Below, one piece after another: positions 38,098 through 48,119 of a DNA stretch of 64,000 nt (within the stretch, counting starts at the first letter, position 1; every line of letters starts with the position of its first letter). The notes under the pieces are model-generated. The model ran no database searches. It saw only the letters and a list, made by a program, of their open reading frames with translations, and had not been told where the DNA came from. The stretch covers positions 544,001 to 608,000 of the forward strand of contig OZ244065.1 in assembly GCA_965215505.1 (NCBI GenBank), written 5' to 3'. The position numbers were made by a program, and so were the translations under genes. This stretch comes from Capsulimonadaceae bacterium (GTDB lineage: Bacteria > Armatimonadota > Armatimonadia > Armatimonadales > Capsulimonadaceae).

Positions 38098-39513
38098 ATG
38101 TTTGATAGTCTCGCGGACAAACTACAGGAAGTCTTCAAGCGGCTTAACTCCAAAGGCTCCTTGAACGAGGGGGACGTGGCCGAGGCCCTGCGCGAAGTGC
38201 GCCTGGGGCTTTTGGAAGCGGACGTCAACTTCAAGGTCGTCAAGGACTTCGTCGCCCGCATCCGCGAGCGCGCGGTGGGCGTCGAGATCCTTGAGGGCCT
38301 GCACCCGGCCCAGCAGGTCATCAAGATCGTGGACGAGGAGCTGACTGCCCTGCTCGGCGGGGAGCAGGCGCCGCTCACGTTCGCAAGCCGGCCGCCGACG
38401 GTCATCATGCTCTGCGGCCTGCAAGGGGCGGGCAAGACGACCCACGCCGGCAAGCTGGCCCTGATGCTCCGCAAGCAGGGCAGGAACCCGATGCTGGTGG
38501 CCGCCGACATCTACCGCCCCGCCGCCATCAAGCAGCTCCAGGTCGTGGGCGAGCAGGTCAAGACGCCGGTCTTCACGCTGGACGGGGCCAAGCCCGAGGT
38601 CATCGCGCGCCAGGGCGTCGCCGAGGCGGACCGCAAGGGCCACGACGTCGTGATCCTGGATTCGGCGGGCCGTCTCCAGATTGACGAGTCCTTGATGCAG
38701 GAGCTTCAGCGCATCAAGGCGACCGTCGCGCCACACGAGATTCTGCTGGTCGTGGATGCCATGACCGGACAGGAGGCCGTCAACGTCGCACAGGGCTTCA
38801 ACGAGGCCCTGGATGTAACGGGCTTCATCCTGACCAAGCTCGACGGCGACACGCGCGGCGGGGCCGCCCTCTCCATCAAGAGCGTCGCGGGCCGCCCGAT
38901 CAAGTTCGTCGGCGTCGGCGAGAAGATGGACGCGCTCGAAGTCTTCCACCCGGACCGGATGGCGTCGCGCATCCTGGGCATGGGCGATGTCCTGACCCTG
39001 ATCGAGCGGGCCGAGGGCGCGCTGGACCAGAAGAAGGCCATCGAGTTCGAGAAGAAGCTGCGGGCCAACAAGTTCGACTTCGAGGACTATCTGGAGCAGA
39101 TGCGGCAGATGCGGAAGATGGGGCCGCTCGACCAGATCCTCAAGATGATCCCCGGCCTGGGCGGCGCGGGTGCCCTGAAAGACCTCGCCATTGACGAGAG
39201 CCACCTCGCCCACATCGAGGCGATGATCCTGTCTATGACCATGCAGGAGCGCCGCGACCCGGCCCTGATCAACGGCAGCCGCCGCCGCCGGATCGCGAAC
39301 GGCAGCGGGCGCACCATCCAGGACGTCAACCGGCTGCTGACGCAGTTCGAGCAGATGAAAAAGATGATGCGCGGCCTGACCGGCATGGACTCGGGCGGGA
39401 TGCCCTCCCTGCCGGGAATGGGCGGCAAGCACAGCGGGAGCAACAAGACGGCCTCCAAGAAGAACAAGCGGAAGCCGCCGCCCGGCTTCAAGCTGCCATT
39501 CGGGCGTCGCTGA
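38098..39513 (+). CDS. ffh: Signal recognition particle protein
   Basis: GLQGAGKTT, DSAGR, TKLDG, Met-rich M domain with RRRRIANGSG. Confidence 0.99.
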   Translation: MFDSLADKLQEVFKRLNSKGSLNEGDVAEALREVRLGLLEADVNFKVVKDFVARIRERAVGVEILEGLHPAQQVIKIVDEELTALLGGEQAPLTFASRPPTVIMLCGLQGAGKTTHAGKLALMLRKQGRNPMLVAADIYRPAAIKQLQVVGEQVKTPVFTLDGAKPEVIARQGVAEADRKGHDVVILDSAGRLQIDESLMQELQRIKATVAPHEILLVVDAMTGQEAVNVAQGFNEALDVTGFILTKLDGDTRGGAALSIKSVAGRPIKFVGVGEKMDALEVFHPDRMASRILGMGDVLTLIERAEGALDQKKAIEFEKKLRANKFDFEDYLEQMRQMRKMGPLDQILKMIPGLGGAGALKDLAIDESHLAHIEAMILSMTMQERRDPALINGSRRRRIANGSGRTIQDVNRLLTQFEQMKKMMRGLTGMDSGGMPSLPGMGGKHSGSNKTASKKNKRKPPPGFKLPFGRR

Positions 39514-39556
39514 CCCACCAGAGTAACCACTGAAACACTTAAGAAAGGAGTAACAC

Positions 39557-39838
39557 ATGTCCGTTAAAATACGACTGCGCCGCATGGGCGCCAAGAAGCG
39601 CCCGTTCTACCGCCTCGTCGTCGCCGACAGCCGCCGCGCCCGTGACGGCCGCTTCATCGAGACTCTGGGGTACTATAACCCCTGTGTCGAGCCGATCGAG
39701 CTGAAGATCGACGCCGACCGCGCCGCCTACTGGCTCGGCGTCGGCGCACAGCCGTCCGACACCGTCCAGGCGCTGCTGAAGAAGCAGGGCGTCCCCGCGC
39801 CGGGCGAGACGCCGACCGAAGCCGCCCCGGCGGCCTAA
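39557..39838 (+). CDS. rpsP: 30S ribosomal protein S16
   Basis: [25 protein letters not shown]. Confidence 0.99.
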   Translation: MSVKIRLRRMGAKKRPFYRLVVADSRRARDGRFIETLGYYNPCVEPIELKIDADRAAYWLGVGAQPSDTVQALLKKQGVPAPGETPTEAAPAA

Positions 39839-39935
39839 ACCCAAACCAAAACAGCAAGGCCCCTGCCGGTTTCTCGTCACCGTCTGAGAATCAGCAGGGT
39901 ATGACGGCAGGGGAAAAACGAGGAGTTTTAGCACG

Positions 39936-40166
39936 TTGAAACCCATGATAGAGTATCTCGTCAAGGAACTAGTGGATGAACCCGAACATGTGACCGTGAC
40001 GGAAGTGCCGGGCGAAGAGTCAACGACCTACGAGGTCCACGTCGCCCCCGGCGATCTGGGCAAGGTCATCGGCAAGCAGGGCCGCATCGCGAACGCCCTG
40101 CGGACCGTCACCAAGGCGATCGCGATGAAGGACAAGAAAAAGGTCTACGTCGAGATCGTCGCCTGA
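39936..40166 (+). CDS. khpA: KH-domain RNA-binding protein
   Basis: DLGKVIGKQGR; canonical position between rpsP and rimM. Confidence 0.92.
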   Translation: MKPMIEYLVKELVDEPEHVTVTEVPGEESTTYEVHVAPGDLGKVIGKQGRIANALRTVTKAIAMKDKKKVYVEIVA

Positions 40167-40173
40167 ACACGCC

Positions 40174-40773
40174 ATGCCTGATTCGGTTTCGGAAACAGAC
40201 GACTACTCGGTGATCGCGGCGGAGGTTGCTGGGGCGCACGGCGTCAGCGGCAGCCTTCGACTCCGCCTCGTCGGCTCCTCCTCCCATGAGGCGTCCTCGG
40301 ACGCCGCCGCCCGCTCCCTCAAGGTGGGCCGCCCGGTGCGGCTCGTGCGGGGGGGGGACGGCTTCCAAAAAGATTTGACATTGACGGGCCTGCGCCGCCA
40401 GCCGAAAGGCGTCTGGATCGGCCACTTCAAAGAGGTGACCGACCGGACCGGGGCCGAGGCCTTCATCGGCTGCTCCGTGCTGATCCGCGAGTCGGAGCGC
40501 GCCGCCCTGCCCGACGGCGAATATTATGTTGACCAGCTCCTGGGCATGGATGTCGTGACCGACGCCGCCCGGCCCCTCGGCAAGTTGTCCGACGTACTGG
40601 TGACGCCCGCGCACGACGTTTACGTCACGGACGCCGGGGCGATGATCCCCGTCGCCGGGGACTTCATCGTCAGCGTCAGCCTGGAGGAACACAAGATCGT
40701 CGTGCGCGACGTGCCCGGCCTCATTGACGACGGCAAGGACGATCCGAAAGACAAGCCTGCCGCCGCGCCATGA
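40174..40773 (+). CDS. rimM: 16S rRNA processing protein
   Basis: GAHGVSG, LPDGEYYVDQLLG, HDVY; synteny. Confidence 0.93.
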   Translation: MPDSVSETDDYSVIAAEVAGAHGVSGSLRLRLVGSSSHEASSDAAARSLKVGRPVRLVRGGDGFQKDLTLTGLRRQPKGVWIGHFKEVTDRTGAEAFIGCSVLIRESERAALPDGEYYVDQLLGMDVVTDAARPLGKLSDVLVTPAHDVYVTDAGAMIPVAGDFIVSVSLEEHKIVVRDVPGLIDDGKDDPKDKPAAAP

Positions 40774-41564
40774 GGATAGACGTCGTCACGATCTTCCCCG
40801 ACATGATCCGCGCCGTGCTGGGCTTCAGCATCGTCAAGCGGGCGCGCGAGGCCAATGCCGTTGACATCCAGGTCCACGACCTGCGCGACTGGGCGCCGGG
40901 CGTCCACCGCAGCACGGACGACACGCCCTACGGCGGCGGGGCGGGAATGGTCATGCGGCCCGGCCCGATCTTCGACTGCGTGGAGAGCCTGCCGCGCGTC
41001 CCCGAAACGCGGGTCGCCCTGATGACGCCGCAGGGGCAGACCTTCACTCAGGAGAAGGCGCGTGCGCTGGCGCTCTGCCCGCATCTGGTCCTGATCTGCG
41101 GGCACTATGAGGGCTTCGACGAGCGCGTGCGGGAACACCTGGTGACCGAGGAGATCTCGGTCGGGGATTACGTCCTGACCGGCGGCGAGCTTCCCGCCCT
41201 CCTCGTCATTGATGCCGTGACGCGCCTCCAGCCCGGCGTACTCGGGAACGCCGACTCCGCCGAGGATGACACGTTCTCCGAAGGTTTATTAGAGTACCCG
41301 CACTATACGCGCCCGCCCGAGTATCGGGGCTGGCGCGTTCCCGATGTCCTGCTCTCCGGCCACCACGCCGAGATCGCTAAATGGCGACGCAAGGAGCGGT
41401 TCCGCCGCACGCAGTCGCGTCGGCCCGACCTCTGGGCGGAATTTGTCCCGTCCAAGTCCGACCTCAAGCTGCTCAAACAGCTTGCAGAAGAAACACCGTC
41501 CCCTCCGCCGGAGGGAGGCGACGAGGAGAGTCCCGTTCATGCATCCTTTGATTCAAGAGATTGA
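40770..41564 (+). CDS. trmD: tRNA (guanine-N1)-methyltransferase
   Basis: [37 protein letters not shown]. Confidence 0.99.
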   Translation: MRIDVVTIFPDMIRAVLGFSIVKRAREANAVDIQVHDLRDWAPGVHRSTDDTPYGGGAGMVMRPGPIFDCVESLPRVPETRVALMTPQGQTFTQEKARALALCPHLVLICGHYEGFDERVREHLVTEEISVGDYVLTGGELPALLVIDAVTRLQPGVLGNADSAEDDTFSEGLLEYPHYTRPPEYRGWRVPDVLLSGHHAEIAKWRRKERFRRTQSRRPDLWAEFVPSKSDLKLLKQLAEETPSPPPEGGDEESPVHASFDSRD

Positions 41565-41889
41565 AAAAGCCCAGCGCAAAGAGACCGTCCCCGACTTCGG
41601 GCCGGGCGACACCGTCCGCGTCCACGTCAAGGTCGTCGAGGGCGGCAAAGAGCGCGTCCAGATTTTCGAAGGCACGGTCATCTTCCGCAAGAAGGGCCTG
41701 TCCCGGTCCGCCTTCATGGTCCGCAAGATCAGCAACGGCTACGGCGTCGAGCGGACCTTCCTGCTCCACTCGCCCCGCGTTGACAAGATCGAGGTGACCC
41801 GGCGCGGCCTGGTGCGCCGCGCCAAGCTGTTCTACCTCCGCAAGAAGGTCGGCAAGGCCGCGCGCATCAAGGAGAAGCGGAGCTTCTAG
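41539..41889 (+). CDS. rplS: 50S ribosomal protein L19
   Basis: [38 protein letters not shown] lies inside trmD. Confidence 0.98.
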   Translation: MHPLIQEIEKAQRKETVPDFGPGDTVRVHVKVVEGGKERVQIFEGTVIFRKKGLSRSAFMVRKISNGYGVERTFLLHSPRVDKIEVTRRGLVRRAKLFYLRKKVGKAARIKEKRSF

Positions 41890-42019
41890 GGCCGTCGGCC
41901 TCTAGATCCATGGAACTTCTCGGCCACCGTCCGCGTAAGCAAAGTCGCCAGACATCCTGGCGGCTTTGTTTTTGTGTCCCGTCCGCTGCCCTGACCCTCC
42001 TGCTTTCTGAGAACAATCC

Positions 42020-43033
42020 ATGCAGCCTTCCATCACCGACGCGCCCGCCGCCCCCGGCCTGACCGAGACGCTGGCGAACCTGAACATCCTGTGGATACTC
42101 GCCATCATCGCCGGGCTGACCCTGCTGCGCCTGGCTTTCGTGTACCTCCCTTCCGACCACGCCCGCTCCTTCGCCGAGATACTGGAGTCTGGGATGATTG
42201 CCGTCGCGCTGGTCTTCCTGATCATCCGCCCGTTCGTCCTGCAAGCCTTCTTCATCCCCTCCCCCTCCATGGAGCCGACGCTGCTGGGCAAGGACGGGGC
42301 GGGGGACCGCATCCTGGTCAACAAGTTCGGGTATCGGCTCGGCAGGCCGCAGCGCGATGACGTCGTCGTCTTCCTCGCGCCCCCCGCCGCCATGGCCGGA
42401 GACCCCGAGTTCATCAAGCGCCTGATCGGCCTGCCCGGCGACCGCCTGGAGTCGGTGGCGGGCGTCGTCACCATCAACGGCAAGCCGTACAACCATCAGG
42501 ACATCCGGCAGAAGCTGGCCGACGACGGCGAGTTCGGGCCGGAGGCGCAGACGAACCCGGGGTCGGACTTGCAGGCGGATCACCACGTCAAGTTCGTCGC
42601 CGACGGCGTCCTGGCCGACAACCGCTTGATCAGCAAAGAGCGGCTGGCGCAGATCTTCACCGGACAGAAAGACATCCCCGTAACCGTGACGCCGGGCTAC
42701 AACATCCGCAACGGGGAGAGGCTGGCCGAGCCGTTCATCGCCGAGGACCCCGACTACGACATGAAGATCTACAACGGCGAGCCGCTCAAGCACGAACACG
42801 GGCCGTACCAGGAGGACTTCAAGCTGGGGGACAGGTCCATCAGTGTGATGGACTTCCAGCAGGACTTCGCCAAGCCGACCGAGCCGATCCCTGCCGACCA
42901 TTACATGATGATGGGCGACAACCGTAACGACAGCCGTGACAGCACGGTCTGGGGTCCGCTGGAGGCCCGCCGGGTCGTCGGCCGGGCGCAACTCATCTTC
43001 TGGCCGCCCTCGCGGCTGGGCATCATTCACTAG
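42020..43033 (+). CDS. lepB: Signal peptidase I, copy 1
   Basis: SPSMEPT (Ser), FIKRLIG (Lys), GDNRNDSRDS. Confidence 0.95.
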   Translation: MQPSITDAPAAPGLTETLANLNILWILAIIAGLTLLRLAFVYLPSDHARSFAEILESGMIAVALVFLIIRPFVLQAFFIPSPSMEPTLLGKDGAGDRILVNKFGYRLGRPQRDDVVVFLAPPAAMAGDPEFIKRLIGLPGDRLESVAGVVTINGKPYNHQDIRQKLADDGEFGPEAQTNPGSDLQADHHVKFVADGVLADNRLISKERLAQIFTGQKDIPVTVTPGYNIRNGERLAEPFIAEDPDYDMKIYNGEPLKHEHGPYQEDFKLGDRSISVMDFQQDFAKPTEPIPADHYMMMGDNRNDSRDSTVWGPLEARRVVGRAQLIFWPPSRLGIIH

Positions 43034-43055
43034 GCCGGGCTGGAACCCGCCCGGT

Positions 43056-43080
43056 CGGGCGAACACATGGCGCGCCCTAC
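43056..43080 (-). repeat. GTAG-type REP-like palindrome
   Basis: Reverse complement reads GTAGGGCGCGCCATGTGTTCGCCCG. Confidence 0.65.
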
Positions 43081-44659
43081 AGGCCGTTCCTACAGGAAGA
43101 ACGGTCAAAATCAACAGAAGAACGGTCATAACCGATCGGTTTACGACGTCATCATTTCCGGGGCCGGTCCCGTCGGGCTGTTCCTTGCCTGTGAACTGGC
43201 TTTGGCCAAATGTACCGTGCTGATACTGGAAAAAGCGGAGGATCCGCATTCGCCTTTGAAGCAGCTTCCTTTCGGGATCAGGGGACTTTCGGCCCCCACC
43301 ATTGAGGCGCTTGACCGCCGTGGGCTGCTCAAAGAGCTTGAGGTCCATAAGGGCCTTAAAAATCCTCACCAGAATGCCGCAACGGGGCCGCGCCGTCAGG
43401 CAGGACACTTCGCCGGCATTCCATTCCATGACGGCGACATTGACACTTCGCAGTGGAAGCATCGCCTGCCAAGCTCCACCGACGCCAGTTTGATCTCCGA
43501 AATGGCGGAGCTTGAAACCGTGCTGGCCCGCCGCGCGGAAGCGTCGGGGGTGGAGATCAGGCGCGGGGTTCCCACCACTGACTTTCATCAGACCGAGGAC
43601 GGGGTGACTGTACAGTCAGGGGAACTCTCTTTCCAGAGTGAATGGCTCGTCGGCTGCGATGGGAGCCGCAGCGCTGTCCGCAAGACGGGCGGTTTTGGAT
43701 TCGCCGGTACAGAGCCGGAATTCACCGGCTACACGACCAAGGTTGACATGGCCGACCCGGAGAAGCTCGAGCCGGGCCGGAACATGACACCCGCCGGCAT
43801 GTACATGCAATCGCAGCCTGGTTTCGTAGTCATGCAGGATTTTGATGGCGGGGCGTTTCACGATTCACAAAGCCCCGTCACGCTTGAACATGTACAAGCG
43901 GTCCTGCGCCGCATCTCGGACACCGATGTCACCATCAATGCCCTGCACATAGCGACCACATGGACCGACCGAGCACGGCAGGCCACGGCCTACCGCAGCG
44001 GGCGGATATTTTTGGCCGGCGATGCCGCGCACATCCATTCGCCGCTGGGAGGCCAAGGGCTGAACCTGGGACTGGGCGATGCCATGAACCTGGGCTGGAA
44101 GCTCGCCGCAGCCATCCAAAAGAAAGCGCCGGAGGGCTTGCTGGACAGTTACCAGACGGAACGACACCCCATCGGTGCAAAAGTCCTGGATTGGTCACGC
44201 GCCCAGGTCGCCATCATGAATCCGGGACCACAGGCCCGCGCGCTGAACGCGATTCTCCGCGATCTGATGAACACGCGCGATGGCGCTACCTATTTTGCCG
44301 GGAGGGTGTGGGGCGTCTCCACTCATCATGACCTTGGCGGCGGCCACCCTCTCGTGGGTCACAGCGTTCCCAATTTTGAATTCGAGGACGGCGCGATGAT
44401 GGGCGAGCTGATGCATGACGGCCAGGGGATACTGCTCGATTTCGACAGGAATGCCGCTCTCAAAACCCTGGCAGGTGAATATGGCGGCCGAGTGAGGTAC
44501 GTTCCGGGCCGGGCGAAAGAACGGTTAGGCTTGAGCGCCGTGTTGACGCGCCCTGATGGGTTTGTCGTCTGGGCTTCCGACAGCGAACCTGATGAGCGGT
44601 CGTTCACAGAAGCGGCATCCCACTGGTTTGCTCGACAGCCTGGAGTTGCAGCAGCATGA
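43067..44659 (+). CDS. FAD-dependent monooxygenase (aromatic-ring hydroxylase family)
   Basis: GAGPVG, VGCDG, LAGDAAHIHSPLGGQGLN, RPDGFV; lower GC; start uncertain. Confidence 0.9.
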   Translation: MARPTGRSYRKNGQNQQKNGHNRSVYDVIISGAGPVGLFLACELALAKCTVLILEKAEDPHSPLKQLPFGIRGLSAPTIEALDRRGLLKELEVHKGLKNPHQNAATGPRRQAGHFAGIPFHDGDIDTSQWKHRLPSSTDASLISEMAELETVLARRAEASGVEIRRGVPTTDFHQTEDGVTVQSGELSFQSEWLVGCDGSRSAVRKTGGFGFAGTEPEFTGYTTKVDMADPEKLEPGRNMTPAGMYMQSQPGFVVMQDFDGGAFHDSQSPVTLEHVQAVLRRISDTDVTINALHIATTWTDRARQATAYRSGRIFLAGDAAHIHSPLGGQGLNLGLGDAMNLGWKLAAAIQKKAPEGLLDSYQTERHPIGAKVLDWSRAQVAIMNPGPQARALNAILRDLMNTRDGATYFAGRVWGVSTHHDLGGGHPLVGHSVPNFEFEDGAMMGELMHDGQGILLDFDRNAALKTLAGEYGGRVRYVPGRAKERLGLSAVLTRPDGFVVWASDSEPDERSFTEAASHWFARQPGVAAA

Positions 44660-44679
44660 CTGGAACGATAAATCATTGA

Positions 44680-44704
44680 TAGGTGCGAGCCTCGTGTTCG
44701 CCCG
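44680..44704 (+). repeat. Degenerate GTAG-type REP-like palindrome
   Basis: TAGGTGCGAGCCTCGTGTTCGCCCG shares GTGTTCGCCC with the copies at 2887 and 43056. Confidence 0.6.
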
Positions 44705-44721
44705 TCCTGAAGGAGTATCTC

Positions 44722-45717
44722 ATGCCGGATGCCGCTTCCACGCCCAGCCTCTCCGAGACGCTGGCGAACCTCCCCGTCCTCTGGATACTGTTCCTCGTGG
44801 CCGGGCTGACCGTGCTGCGGCTGGGCTGCCTCCGCGTGTCCTCCCCCGCCGCCCGGTCCTTTGCCGAGATGGCTGAGACGGGCCTGTTCGCGGTTTCCCT
44901 GGTCTTCCTGATCCTGCGGCCGTTCTTCCTCCAGGCGTTCTACATCCCCAGCGCCTCGATGGAGCCGACTTTGCAGGGCAATAGCCAGGCCAAAGACCGC
45001 ATCCTCGTCAGCAAGTTCCAGTACCGCCTGCACACGCCCCGGCGCGACGACGTCGTCGTCTTCCTCGCCCCGCCCGCCGCCATGGGCGGCGACCCGCCGT
45101 TCGTCAAGCGCCTGATCGGGCTGCCCGGCGACCGGGTGGAGGCGGTGGCAGGCTATGTCACGGTCGGTGGCCGGCGGTATGGTCACGCGGACGTCCGTGC
45201 GGCCCTGGGCGCGGCGGGCGCGTTCGGCCCCCAGGCACAGGCCGAAGGGGTGGATCAGGCGTTCCACCACGTCCGCTTCGTCGCCGGGGGCGTCCTGGCG
45301 GACAAGAAGCCGGTCGGCGCGGAAACTCTGGCGAAGGCGCTGACCAACATGCCCCATGCCCCGGTCGTGGTGCATCCCGGCTACAACATCCGCAACGGGG
45401 AGAGGCTGGCCGAGCCGTTCATCGCCGAGGACCCTGACTACGACATGAAGATCTACAACGGCGAGCCGGTCAAGCACGAGCATGACCCAAGCCAGCCCGA
45501 GTTTAAATGGGACGGTCAGCCCATCGCGGCCTCCGATTTCGCTTCCGAGTACGCGCGGCCCACGGAGCCGCTGCCCGCCGGTCACTATCTGATGATGGGC
45601 GACAACCGCAATGACAGCAACGACGGCACCAACTGGGGGCCGCTGGAAGCCTGGCGCGTCGTCGGCCCCGCCCGCTTCGTCTTCTGGCCCCCCGCCGACG
45701 TGGGCGTCGTCCATTGA
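44722..45717 (+). CDS. lepB: Signal peptidase I, copy 2
   Basis: SASMEPT, FVKRLIG, GDNRNDSND; SD AAGGAG. Confidence 0.93.
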   Translation: MPDAASTPSLSETLANLPVLWILFLVAGLTVLRLGCLRVSSPAARSFAEMAETGLFAVSLVFLILRPFFLQAFYIPSASMEPTLQGNSQAKDRILVSKFQYRLHTPRRDDVVVFLAPPAAMGGDPPFVKRLIGLPGDRVEAVAGYVTVGGRRYGHADVRAALGAAGAFGPQAQAEGVDQAFHHVRFVAGGVLADKKPVGAETLAKALTNMPHAPVVVHPGYNIRNGERLAEPFIAEDPDYDMKIYNGEPVKHEHDPSQPEFKWDGQPIAASDFASEYARPTEPLPAGHYLMMGDNRNDSNDGTNWGPLEAWRVVGPARFVFWPPADVGVVH

Positions 45718-46346
45718 CCACTCCCCTCGTTGACCTATGGTGGTTCGAGACGGGCGCGCGTGACGCGGGCCACCGGCGCATCGCTGGGCTGGATGAGGTC
45801 GGGCGCGGGCCGCTGGCCGGGCCGGTCGTCGCCGCCTGCGTCGTCCTGCCGGACGGCTTCTCGATCGACGGCATCAACGACTCCAAGAAGCTCACGGAGC
45901 GTCAGCGGGAGCGGGCCGAGGTCCGCATCCGGGCCGAGGCCGTCGCCATCGGTCTGGGCGTCGTGGAGCCTGAGACGATAGACCGCATCAACATCTTGCA
46001 GGCGACTCGGCTCGCGATGCGCGAGGCGTTCCTGCTGCTTGACCCGCCGCCCGACTGTGTCCTGATTGACGGCCTCCCCGTGCCGGCCTTCCCCTGCCCG
46101 CACCAGCAAGCCCTCGTCGGCGGCGACGGCCTGTGCGCCTCCATCGCCGCCGCCTCCATCGTCGCCAAGGTGGCCCGTGACCGGATGATGCGTGCCTATG
46201 ACGCCGTGTACCCGGAATACGGCTTTGCCGGACACAAAGGCTACGGCGCGGCGAAACACCTGGAAGCACTGCGCGTCCACGGCCCCTGCCCCATCCACCG
46301 CCGGTCCTTCTCGCCCGTCGCCGCCTGCTTTGAGCGGTCCGGGTAG
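45714..46346 (+). CDS. rnhB: Ribonuclease HII
   Basis: GLDEVGRGPLAGP, DSKKL, SIAAASIVAKV, HRRSF. Confidence 0.97.
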   Translation: MTTPLVDLWWFETGARDAGHRRIAGLDEVGRGPLAGPVVAACVVLPDGFSIDGINDSKKLTERQRERAEVRIRAEAVAIGLGVVEPETIDRINILQATRLAMREAFLLLDPPPDCVLIDGLPVPAFPCPHQQALVGGDGLCASIAAASIVAKVARDRMMRAYDAVYPEYGFAGHKGYGAAKHLEALRVHGPCPIHRRSFSPVAACFERSG

Positions 46347-46350
46347 TCCC

Positions 46351-46752
46351 ATGACAGACGCCCGCAAGGCGACCGGGGCGCGCGGCGAGCGCGAGACCCT
46401 GGACTTCCTGGAGGCGCGCGGGTATCGCGTCGTGGACACCAACGTCCGCCCTCTGGGCGGCATGGCGCGCGGCGAGATCGACGTCATCGCCTGGGATGGC
46501 GAGTATCTCGTCTTTTGCGAGGTCAAGACGCGCCGGACCGCCCTGGGAAACCAGGGGACGCCCGCCGAGGCCGTGGACGCTCGCAAGCAGAGGCAGCTCA
46601 CGCGGCTCGCACTCGCCTACATCGCCAAGCACGACCTGGACGATGTCCCCTGCCGCTTCGACGTCGTCGAGGTCGTCCGCCGCCCGCCCCACCCGCCCCA
46701 GATCCGTCTGCTGCGCGACGCCTTCCAGCCCGTCGAGCCGGGTGACCCGTGA
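46351..46752 (+). CDS. yraN: YraN family nuclease (UPF0102)
   Basis: GARGE, GEIDVIA, FCEVKTR, RFDVV. Confidence 0.93.
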   Translation: MTDARKATGARGERETLDFLEARGYRVVDTNVRPLGGMARGEIDVIAWDGEYLVFCEVKTRRTALGNQGTPAEAVDARKQRQLTRLALAYIAKHDLDDVPCRFDVVEVVRRPPHPPQIRLLRDAFQPVEPGDP

Positions 46753-46758
46753 TGCCGA

Positions 46759-46787
46759 TTGACAAGGCCCCCGGCCTGTGCTAGAAT
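46759..46787 (+). promoter_or_regulatory. Sigma70-type promoter, likely giving a leaderless aroA mRNA
   Basis: TTGACA-17 nt-TAGAAT with TG extension; ATG 6 nt downstream. Confidence 0.75.
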
Positions 46788-46793
46788 GACGGC

Positions 46794-48119
46794 ATGGCGG
46801 ACACGATCACCTACCCCGAGCGGCTGCCCCTTTCCCCTGTTCCCGGCCCCGTCCATGCCTCCGTCTCCCTGCCCGGCTCCAAGAGCATCACCAACCGCGC
46901 CCTGCTCCTCGCCGCCCTCGCCGACGGGGAAAGCCTGCTGCGCGCCCCCCTGCATTCCGAAGACACCCTCTACATGGCCCAGGCATTGCGCGGTCTGGGC
47001 GTCGCCGTGGAGGAAACGCCGGAACACGACTTCCGCGTCACCGGGGCGGGAGGCATGCTCCGCGCACCGCACAAGCCCCTCTTGATCGGCAACTCCGGGA
47101 CGACGGTCCGGTTCCTGACCGCCGCCGCCTGCCTCGTGCCGGTCGGCACGGACGTGACGCTTGACGGCGTCGCCCGGATGCGGGAGCGGCCCATCAGTGA
47201 CCTGATCGGCGCTCTGCTGACCCTGGGCGTCGGGGCGGAGTGCGTGAACGGGCACGGCTGCCCGCCCGTCCGCGTGCGCGGCGGGGGGATGGCCGGGGGA
47301 CGGTGCCGCCTGCGCGGGGACGTCAGCAGCCAGTTCCTCACGGCCCTGCTCCAAGTCGCCCCCTACGCCCGGACCGACGTCGAGATCGAGATCCTCGGCG
47401 AGCTGGTTTCCAAGCCCTACGTTGACATCACCCAGGCGGTCATGGCCTCGTTCGGCGTCGGCATGAAGAATGACGGATACCGCACCCTGGGAGTCGAGGC
47501 CGGGCAGCGGTACGCCGGGCGCGAGTATGCCGTCGAGGCCGACGCCTCCAATGCCTCCTACTTCCTGGCGGCGGCAGCCGTGACCGGCGGGACGGTGACT
47601 TTGAAAAACCTCGGCGCGTCGTCCATTCAGGGCGACATCCGCTTTGTGGACGTGCTGGAACGCATGGGCTGCGCCGTCACGCACGGCGTGGGAACGATCA
47701 CGCTCACCGGCCCCGCCCGACTCCGCGGCATCGAGGCGGACATGGAGGCGATCCCGGACACGGCGCAGACCTTAGCCGTCGTCGCCGCCTTTGCCGACGG
47801 CCCTTCACGCCTGAGCGGGCTTGCCAGCCTGCGCGTGAAAGAGACCGACCGGGTCCACGCCGTCGCCCGCGAGCTGCCCAAGCTCGGCGTCCGTGTCGTG
47901 GAGGGGCCGGACAGTTGGATCATCCACCCTCACGCCGGGGGCGACAACGCGCCGGCGGAGATCGTCACCTATGACGACCACCGCATGGCGATGTCCTTCG
48001 CCGTCGCGGGCCTGCGCCTGCCGGACGTCGTCATTAACAACCCCGCCTGCGTCGCCAAGACGTTCCCGGACTTCTGGGCGCGCTGGGGGGCCGCTTTTTA
48101 CGAGAAAGACCTGCTATGA
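46794..48119 (+). CDS. aroA: EPSP synthase
   Basis: PGSKSITNR, GNSGTTVRF, SSQF, RVKETDR, DDHRMAM, KTFPDF. Confidence 0.98.
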   Translation: MADTITYPERLPLSPVPGPVHASVSLPGSKSITNRALLLAALADGESLLRAPLHSEDTLYMAQALRGLGVAVEETPEHDFRVTGAGGMLRAPHKPLLIGNSGTTVRFLTAAACLVPVGTDVTLDGVARMRERPISDLIGALLTLGVGAECVNGHGCPPVRVRGGGMAGGRCRLRGDVSSQFLTALLQVAPYARTDVEIEILGELVSKPYVDITQAVMASFGVGMKNDGYRTLGVEAGQRYAGREYAVEADASNASYFLAAAAVTGGTVTLKNLGASSIQGDIRFVDVLERMGCAVTHGVGTITLTGPARLRGIEADMEAIPDTAQTLAVVAAFADGPSRLSGLASLRVKETDRVHAVARELPKLGVRVVEGPDSWIIHPHAGGDNAPAEIVTYDDHRMAMSFAVAGLRLPDVVINNPACVAKTFPDFWARWGAAFYEKDLL

